A DNA stretch of 64,000 bases from Ruminococcus sp. (GTDB taxonomy: Bacteria; Bacillota; Clostridia; Oscillospirales; Acutalibacteraceae). The DNA lies in the NCBI GenBank assembly GCA_017416065.1, contig JAFQDM010000024.1, positions 17,849 through 81,848 on the forward strand, read 5' to 3'. Positions 58,501-64,000 of this stretch are shown here, piece after piece. Positions within the stretch are counted from its first letter, which is position 1, and each line of letters begins with the position of its first letter. The notes beneath the pieces are model-generated. The model did not search any database and was not told where the DNA came from. It saw only the letters and a program-made list of their open reading frames with translations. Made by a program: the position numbers and the translations under genes.

Positions 58501-61500
58501 CCATATGCAGTATGGCTTGCTCCCACAGCTGGCAAAGCGGCTCCTGCTCAGTTTGCGGTATGGGCTGTGCACACAATTGGCAGGACGGAGTATGTACAAA
58601 GTGCTCCTTTGTATGCTTGCCCCACGCTTATGTAAACGGTGTTTGTTCCGTTTGCTCTGCGCATTGCCCGGGACACAACTGGGTTGACGGTTTCTGCAGT
58701 ATCTGCAATATGCGATGCATACACCAGTGGACTGATGGAGTTTGTACTCTTTGTGCCGAGGTGTGCGAGCATAACTGGCACAACGGCGCCTGCTCCGTGT
58801 GTTCAATGCCTTGTGAGCATAGCTTCTCAGAGGGCAAGTGTACTGTGTGTCAGATGCTGTGCAAGCATATCTGGCAGGACGGAGCGTGTACGGTATGTAA
58901 CCTTATTTGTAAGCACGAAAGCTGGCACAACGGAATGTGCACAAGCTGTTCTCTCAAGTGCGAACATACTTGGGAGGATGGAGCTTGTACCAACTGCAAA
59001 ATGTCTTGCCCTCATAACTTTGAGGACGGAATCTGCACGGACTGCGGGCACGTGTGTACCCATGATTGGGACAACGGAGTCTGCCTTGTTTGCGATGAAT
59101 TCTGCAAGCATAGCTTCTCAGACGGAGTCTGCACCATCTGCAACAGAATATGTGTTCACAGATATCACGAGGGAGTGTGCCTTATCTGCAATATGGAGTG
59201 TGAGCACAGCTTCAAGGATTCTGTCTGCGAATTTTGCAAAATAGATTGCCCCCACAATTGGGAGCTTGGTGTGTGCACTCTTTGCACGAAGAAATGTGAG
59301 CATAAATGGTACGATGGTATCTGCGAGATTTGCGGTTGTGATTGTGACCACGAGTGGTCAGACAGCACTTGCACAAAGTGCGCCAAGGTGTGTGCGGTGC
59401 ACCGCTACACACAGGGGGCTTGCGCTGTGTGTTCCAAGGCTGAGCCGACTTACTACCTGGTAGGCTTCATCAACGGCAAAGATTACGGAATCGGTGAAGA
59501 TATCCGTACTCTCGGCAAATATAAATTCGAGGCAGGTACGCTACGGCTTACCTTTGAAGCTGACAGCTACGTTTTGGTTAAAACTCAGGACAATACCCTG
59601 TATATGACCAATGGCTATCAGGGTGACAATGCGGCTGTAGCTCTGCTGTATAAGTCGGATCTGGTGGGGGATAAGGCAGATAAGCTCTTTGTTCCCGCCA
59701 ACAGAGAGGCAACCTTTACTCTTGTTGACAACGGAAACGATACCATCACTTTGTCCTACACCCTTGCACCTTGTCTGCACGAGTCACACACCATCTCGGG
59801 CTATTGCACAGTCTGCAACTGTAAAATGGAGCATACCTTTAAGGACTCCTTCTGCACGGTTTGCAACCTTCCCTGCGAACACAGCTGGAGTGAAGGCAAA
59901 TGCTCCGTATGCGGATCTGTGTGCGCCCATGATTGGGAGCACAGCAACTGCACTCTCTGCGGTATGATATGTGAACATAAATTCTCAGACGGTATATGTA
60001 CAGTTTGCTCAAAGAAGTGTGTTCATACGTGGACAGACGGCGCTTGTCCCACCTGCGGAATAGCTTGCACTCACAATTGGAGAAACGGAGTCTGTGCCCT
60101 TTGTCATCAGGTCTGTGAGCACAATTTCTCAGACGGCGAGTGTCAGCACTGCGGATTTATCTGCGCTCATAATTTTGCAGAAGGTGTGTGCACAAAATGC
60201 CATATGATATGTGAGCATAACTACCTTGATGGAGTATGCACTGTGTGCTTAGAAAAATGTGAGCATTCCTACAATAAAACAGAATGTACTATCTGCAAAA
60301 CAGCAAAATACTACCTGGTCGGAGATATTAACGGTGCTTGCGTTGGATATAATAATGATTATGAATCCTTGGGTTCATATCCCTTTGTTGACGGTAAGCT
60401 CAGCGTCAGTCTGAAGCACGACAGCTATATGTTCATAAAGACCTCCGATAACAGGAATTGGTATATGACAGATGGTGCTGTATCTGATATGTATGCACAT
60501 ATGCAGAACACAAGAACAGGCAAGGTGAGCGATTTTGTATTCCTGCCGGGCGGAGTGAACGTTATCTTTACCATCAATGTCGGCATAAACGATACCTTGG
60601 GACTTACATATACAGTTGACAGCTGTATTCACAAGATGCACGACAAAGACGGAATATGCCTTGCCTGCAAAAAGCAGGTAAGCCATACCTACTCAGGCGG
60701 AATTTGTACCGTTTGTTCTGAGCCCAAACCGCAAAAGGATATGTACCTTTTTGGCATTATCAACGGTCAGGATTACGGCTGCAACAGCGATGCAGCTTCC
60801 ATAGGCGAGTACAGATTTACAGACGGAAAGCTTACAGTTGAGTTTACTCAGGACAGCTTTGTTGCTGTCAAATCTCAGGATAATGCAGAATGGTATATGA
60901 CAGACGGCGCAGGAGCAGAGGGAATCACGGAAACTACCTTGTTTAATACCGTTACCGATATTGATGCAGATATGTTCTGCATCCCCGGCGGAGAGCGCTA
61001 CGAGCTTACACTTGTCAACAACGGGGATGATACCTTCTCTCTCAGCTATGAATCCCTCAGCAAGCCTAAGCTTCAGATCAAGCCTAAATATACAACCCTT
61101 ACTCTGGATAAAGACATCAGATACACGGTCTGCTTTACGATCGATGAACCCGGTGTTACTACAATGTCAGATATGGGACTTCTGACCTTCGACGTAAACG
61201 TAGGTCAGGCAACCATCGAAAACGCATCGCAGGTCATCCCGGGAGCAGATTTTGACGGAACGTATTTCTCTGTCAGCACAAACGCTATCCATCCCAAGGC
61301 CTTGGGAGATACGGTGTTCTTCAGAATTTATGCAAAGCTTTCAGACGGAAGCTACGCTTACAGCGATATGATGAACTACAGCGCTGTGCGCCATGCAAAC
61401 TCAGTCCTTAAAAGCAAGAACAGCTCAAAGGAGCAGAAAGCCCTTATGGTAGCTCTGCTCAATTTCGGCGCAGAGGCTCAGGAATACTACGGATACAAGG

Positions 61501-62048
61501 CAGACCGCCTTGTGAATTCCGAGCTTACCGTAGAGCAGAAAAAGCTTGTTTCAAGGTACAGCTCAGACCTTTGTGCAGACGTTCAGGTTGCAGACAAGGC
61601 AAAGACAGCGGATTTCGAAAAGAAGGGTATGGGCTTTATGCTGTATCCGTCTACGGAGTCTGAGGCTTCAACCTTTAACCTTACCTACAATCTCAGAACG
61701 ACCAAGAGCATCACAGGCTATGTAACTCTCTATTATTGGAGCGCTCAGACCTATAAAACTGAGCAAAAGCTCACAAAGGCCAATGCAGACGGAATCCTGA
61801 TTATGCCTAAGAATGAAAGCGGCAATTACACAGCTCAGCTGGCAGATATCTCCGTAATGGATTACGACGATACAGTTTACACCTCAGTTGTGTTCAAGTC
61901 CCAGGGAGTGACCCATTGTACGGGAGTTATCTCTTACAGCTACGGCGAATTTTTGAAGATCAATGCAGAAAACTTCAGGTCTCCCATGCAGAGCCTTGCT
62001 CAGGCAACTATTGTCTACGGGTATTATGTAGATAAATATTATGTATAA
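55524..62048 (+). CDS. Giant secreted GH25 muramidase-domain protein, paralog of the upstream gene
   Basis: Signal peptide from ATG 55524; GIDVSVWNGDIDW, GVYVYSYA, FFDFED, MWQWS..DVDCN (GH25); two SH3-like domains; three YL(F/V)GxING modules; Cys3His arrays; LLNFGAEAQEYY. Confidence 0.82.
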   Translation: MRILKQCLCMFLVLLTVVSLVAISPQSHVHAASANDFISESFASNISVKTTKTVSFMSYPITGNGSVVKQTVPADTVVTVKALHKNTKGEYWYEISYFNLTLYVDATATQMLSHLTGDISLTGNSSPASLTYGNGFPIKGEIRAQRNDLGRVTVSMYKGQNLTVKPALTASADVNGKSYTLTNSAIDTALPFNVLTPGSYNYVVSAEAVSYYINEKGAFSTSKTTVILQNNICAVTNGSSPNPVLHNGIDVSVWNGDIDWSAVKSQVDFVIIRASWEETADTKFTTNANGCVNNDIPFGVYVYSYAENEAEAIGEAEYVLGLVDNYDMDLPIFFDFEDECAMNLSASTQQKICRAFCDTIYAGGRQPGIYTYTWILRTVLTDTYYRSIPMWTAEINNSSYTSYKGGLWMWQWSWVGRFNGMNGDVDCNKMYVEIPGKNSSDTSYLSKCTSYPSNLNVTVNTACNVRQYPSTDYAQTGTYSVGTRLHVTGLYKNTYGNYWYQVEKDGTTGYIGVDCVTIDEYLYNDVAVRDPKMASNLDVGKGFYIEGVLSSVYNKLSKVYAKVYSEENTQSNPALSSSAAENSKRYSLYKSAVDYGLNFGKLAAGYYTYEVSADVTNYYCSNGSLSSKTQNVVVWRTPFTVGGITITPPETAVCVHDIVTLEGKAPTCTEEGLTIGSSCSKCSEVITKQEVIPATGHSYEGKKVSSSCLDYEKMQYTCSYCGDSYTEYAEYQWVETKPEDYSDTKYETKTQYRYSDFQKTWTDNGSTTIKYVKSWPDGFEKSHSLYGTYNVTPKTNSETDTTKITVTSTSSSPVGYLYYHWCAGTYEYGPINRTTSAVKSGKYVAFHAHYDTKTPESLDDGRATDGSVPNGNASACTDSYWYYNVPVYSQTYKTYTAGAGTWSEWSGWSDTAVSATDTRKVETRVLYRMLPQKGDHRFSRGKCLVCDFVCSHSFSDGKCEICKMSCMHKWESSGKCSICNQPCSHSWQNGTCTICSMACSHSWQSGSCSVCGMGCAHNWQDGVCTKCSFVCLPHAYVNGVCSVCSAHCPGHNWVDGFCSICNMRCIHQWTDGVCTLCAEVCEHNWHNGACSVCSMPCEHSFSEGKCTVCQMLCKHIWQDGACTVCNLICKHESWHNGMCTSCSLKCEHTWEDGACTNCKMSCPHNFEDGICTDCGHVCTHDWDNGVCLVCDEFCKHSFSDGVCTICNRICVHRYHEGVCLICNMECEHSFKDSVCEFCKIDCPHNWELGVCTLCTKKCEHKWYDGICEICGCDCDHEWSDSTCTKCAKVCAVHRYTQGACAVCSKAEPTYYLVGFINGKDYGIGEDIRTLGKYKFEAGTLRLTFEADSYVLVKTQDNTLYMTNGYQGDNAAVALLYKSDLVGDKADKLFVPANREATFTLVDNGNDTITLSYTLAPCLHESHTISGYCTVCNCKMEHTFKDSFCTVCNLPCEHSWSEGKCSVCGSVCAHDWEHSNCTLCGMICEHKFSDGICTVCSKKCVHTWTDGACPTCGIACTHNWRNGVCALCHQVCEHNFSDGECQHCGFICAHNFAEGVCTKCHMICEHNYLDGVCTVCLEKCEHSYNKTECTICKTAKYYLVGDINGACVGYNNDYESLGSYPFVDGKLSVSLKHDSYMFIKTSDNRNWYMTDGAVSDMYAHMQNTRTGKVSDFVFLPGGVNVIFTINVGINDTLGLTYTVDSCIHKMHDKDGICLACKKQVSHTYSGGICTVCSEPKPQKDMYLFGIINGQDYGCNSDAASIGEYRFTDGKLTVEFTQDSFVAVKSQDNAEWYMTDGAGAEGITETTLFNTVTDIDADMFCIPGGERYELTLVNNGDDTFSLSYESLSKPKLQIKPKYTTLTLDKDIRYTVCFTIDEPGVTTMSDMGLLTFDVNVGQATIENASQVIPGADFDGTYFSVSTNAIHPKALGDTVFFRIYAKLSDGSYAYSDMMNYSAVRHANSVLKSKNSSKEQKALMVALLNFGAEAQEYYGYKADRLVNSELTVEQKKLVSRYSSDLCADVQVADKAKTADFEKKGMGFMLYPSTESEASTFNLTYNLRTTKSITGYVTLYYWSAQTYKTEQKLTKANADGILIMPKNESGNYTAQLADISVMDYDDTVYTSVVFKSQGVTHCTGVISYSYGEFLKINAENFRSPMQSLAQATIVYGYYVDKYYV
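58323..60303 (+). repeat. Two Cys3His repeat arrays (about 23 and 11 units) separated by one globular module
   Basis: Counted in the translation; period 16-17 aa. Confidence 0.85.
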
Positions 62049-62062
62049 GATCTGATATTACG

Positions 62063-62100
62063 AAACTACCCCTTTGTTATGTGCAAAGGGGTAGTTTTAT
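62063..62100 (+). terminator. Intrinsic terminator
   Basis: AAACTACCCCTTTG-N7-CAAAGGGGTAGTTT followed by a T-rich tract. Confidence 0.8.
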
Positions 62101-62110
62101 GTTTGATCTG

Positions 62111-62139
62111 TTGCATTAACCGGTCATTAGTGGTATAAT
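62111..62139 (+). promoter_or_regulatory. Sigma-A promoter with extended -10
   Basis: TTGCAT-17 nt-TATAAT with TG at the extended position. Confidence 0.7.
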
Positions 62140-62163
62140 CAACTTATCACATCAAAGGAGTAG

Positions 62164-62565
62164 TTGGTTATGAAGAATTTTAAGTTAATATCAGTTTTTA
62201 TTGTGATACTTATTATGATGTTTGTTGTTGCAGGCTGTGGCAATAAAGAAGATAACACCCATGAGACTGCTCAGCAGACCACTGCAGCTGACACAACTGC
62301 AGAGCTGACCTCATCAGCAACTACCGCAACAGAGGGCACACAGCCCGATACTCATACAGAACAGGCAGAAGCAACCGAGCCTTTTTATACAAGAGAGGCT
62401 GATGAGCTGGAGATACTCACCCCCGATGCAGGAGATAACTCAGGGAATAACACCACAGAGCCTGATGTGCAGGAGAACACAACCCCTCAGGCAACAGAAA
62501 CCTTCCCCGATCTTGATGATATTATAGATGAGCCCATAGAGCTCCCCTTTGTACCTATACAGTAA
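62164..62565 (+). CDS. Small acidic Thr/Glu-rich lipoprotein, largely low complexity
   Basis: Lipobox VAGC; RBS AAAGGAG; ends IELPFVP. Confidence 0.75.
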   Translation: MVMKNFKLISVFIVILIMMFVVAGCGNKEDNTHETAQQTTAADTTAELTSSATTATEGTQPDTHTEQAEATEPFYTREADELEILTPDAGDNSGNNTTEPDVQENTTPQATETFPDLDDIIDEPIELPFVPIQ

Positions 62566-62585
62566 ATTTCATTTGTATTCAGTTC

Positions 62586-62620
62586 ACTCCGACCGGGGAC
62601 TTCGGTTGGGGTGTTGTTTT
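62586..62620 (+). terminator. Probable terminator
   Basis: CACTCCGACCG..CGGTTGGGGTG stem with G-U pairs, then TTGTTTT. Confidence 0.55.
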
Positions 62621-62816
62621 AAAGAAAAATCAGGATCAATTGGAAGTGGGAAAAATGGAGGAAAGAGTAAATAGTATTATAGAAGACCCCATAGGGAAAT
62701 CAGATGCTGAATTCAAAAGAATAATTTCGGAAATTGAGTAAAGGGTTCTGAAGTTGCCAGAAATGTTGCGTAAATGATTGTTTTTATAAGTAGATTCCGG
62801 TTCAGCGAGGTGTGGT

Positions 62817-63221
62817 ATGAACATTGAATATAAAGACATTCACGATTTTAAGTGTGAGGATTTAGAGAGACTGTTTCTTTCTGTCGGGTGGTCGTCAGGG
62901 CATTTCCCCAACAAACTTGCAGTTGCTATGAAAAACTTCAGCACGGTGTATTCCGCATGGGATGCAGATAAACTCGTGGGAATGATATGTGCTATGGATG
63001 ATGGGGTTATGAATGCTTATGTTCATTATCTTCTTGTTGATCCCGATTACCACGGGCAGACTATCGGCAGAACTCTTGTGGATATGGTAAAGGAAAAGTA
63101 TAAGGATTATATGCGGATCGTAGTTGTTGCTTATGATGATGAGATGCATTTCTATGAAGCTTGCGGCTTCAAGAAAAGCGAAAAATCGTCGCCTATGTTT
63201 ATCACGTCCTTGTGGACGTAA
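62817..63221 (+). CDS. GNAT family N-acetyltransferase
   Basis: LVGMI, LLVDPDYHGQTIGRTL, FYEACGF. Confidence 0.88.
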   Translation: MNIEYKDIHDFKCEDLERLFLSVGWSSGHFPNKLAVAMKNFSTVYSAWDADKLVGMICAMDDGVMNAYVHYLLVDPDYHGQTIGRTLVDMVKEKYKDYMRIVVVAYDDEMHFYEACGFKKSEKSSPMFITSLWT

Positions 63222-63242
63222 GAACGCTCTGCAGGGGATCTA

Positions 63243-63365
63243 ATGATGATGGTTTTATTTTCAGGTGCATCCCATACGGGGAAGACTTTGCTTGCAAAAA
63301 TACTCCTTGAAAAGTACAAGGTGTATTATGCGTTCATTGATGATAAGTATGATATTACTGTATAG
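63243..63365 (+). pseudogene. 40-codon remnant of a P-loop kinase gene
   Basis: Manual translation MMMVLFSGASHTGKTLLAKILLEKYKVYYAFIDDKYDITV*; Walker A present but far too short for the fold. Confidence 0.55.
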
Positions 63366-63374
63366 AGGTTCATT

Positions 63375-64000
63375 ATGATTCGTAAACTTTATCCCTTTGG
63401 AAGAAAAAAAGCATTTAACGTTACGTACGATGACGGAGTTTTGCAGGATGTACGCTTTGCAGAGCTCCTTAACAAATACAACCTCAAGGGTACCTTCAAC
63501 CTGAATTCCGCTTTGATGGAGAATGAGTTTGAGTGGATACATGAAAGCGGACTTGTGGTGAAAAGACTCAACAAAGAGGATGCCGTATCCTTATACAAAG
63601 GTCACGAAATAGCAAGTCACACCGCTACCCATCCCTTTATGGACAGCCTTACAAGGGAAGAGATAATCCGCGAGTTAAGCCGTGATAAAATGAGTCTTGA
63701 GAAGCTGTTTTCGCAACCTGTCAGAGGTTTTGCTGTTCCTTTTGATCATTACAGCGAGCTTATTGCACAGTGCGTGAAGGAGTGCGGCTTTGAATATGCC
63801 CGTATTTCAGAGGAAAGCCTGTGCTTTAAGCCTCAGAGTGATTATTATAACTGGCGGGCAACTGTTTTTCATCTGGATGAATCTTTGGAGAGTATTTCTC
63901 AAAAGTTCATCGCCTCCGATGAAGAGCTGGCTTTTTTTCAGATCGTAGGTCACACATACGACCTTGATGTGGAGAATAAGTGGGAGACTATTGAAAATGT
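63375..64000 (+). CDS. Polysaccharide deacetylase (NodB/CE4), truncated by the window edge
   Basis: Manual translation MIRKLYPFGRKKAFNVTYDDG..KGTFNLNS..GHEIASHTATHP; RBS AGAGG. Confidence 0.85.
   Translation, partial: MIRKLYPFGRKKAFNVTYDDGVLQDVRFAELLNKYNLKGTFNLNSALMENEFEWIHESGLVVKRLNKEDAVSLYKGHEIASHTATHPFMDSLTREEIIRELSRDKMSLEKLFSQPVRGFAVPFDHYSELIAQCVKECGFEYARISEESLCFKPQSDYYNWRATVFHLDESLESISQKFIASDEELAFFQIVGHTYDLDVENKWETIEN

Noticed and set aside
53081-60303. Multiheme c-type cytochrome or nanowire
   Set aside because: The repeat is CxxC-xxx-CxH, not CxxCH. Only a few incidental CxxCH occur (CTQCH, CALCH, CTKCH), and no cytochrome c maturation genes are in the window.
62655-62741. 28-codon ORF MEERVNSIIEDPIGKSDAEFKRIISEIE
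   Set aside because: Too short, weak RBS and no recognisable motif; it may be a gene remnant but cannot be supported.

Overview
Chromosomal window from a Gram-positive anaerobe, probably a Ruminococcus-like Clostridia (inferred from gene content and RBS style). It has four blocks. (1) 1-14.9 kb, minus strand: a long operon of SipW-type signal peptidase plus at least seven secreted or membrane proteins. Six carry a SipW-type (T/V)-(F/H)-(A/S)|W motif. Six complete genes share an unnamed domain ending in (I/V)W(L/F/I)E(G/A)xD, and two of these carry CBM26-like starch-binding modules. Embedded in the operon is an McrBC-like pair: a membrane-anchored McrB-type AAA+ NTPase and a DUF2357 protein whose nuclease appears replaced by a long coiled coil. 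This is the best candidate for an undescribed system, a SipW-processed carbohydrate-adhesive surface fibre with a repurposed McrBC-like motor. (2) 15.2-19.9 kb: housekeeping genes (mreB-like, comF, recD2, DUF1540). (3) 20.1-47.9 kb: a Wzx/Wzy polysaccharide locus (cpsCDB, LCP, PglE/C/D-like trio, LicD, FnlABC, TupA-like, Ugd, GalE). It also holds an SPxTG-anchored protein coupled to the LCP gene and a 1910-aa phosphodiester-glycosidase/LRR protein. (4) 48.2-62.0 kb: two giant paralogous secreted proteins with different cell-wall catalytic heads on a shared chassis with long 16-aa Cys3His repeat arrays, followed by small genes. No rRNA, tRNA, CRISPR array or transposase was recognised. All family calls come from motif recognition by eye, not database searches.
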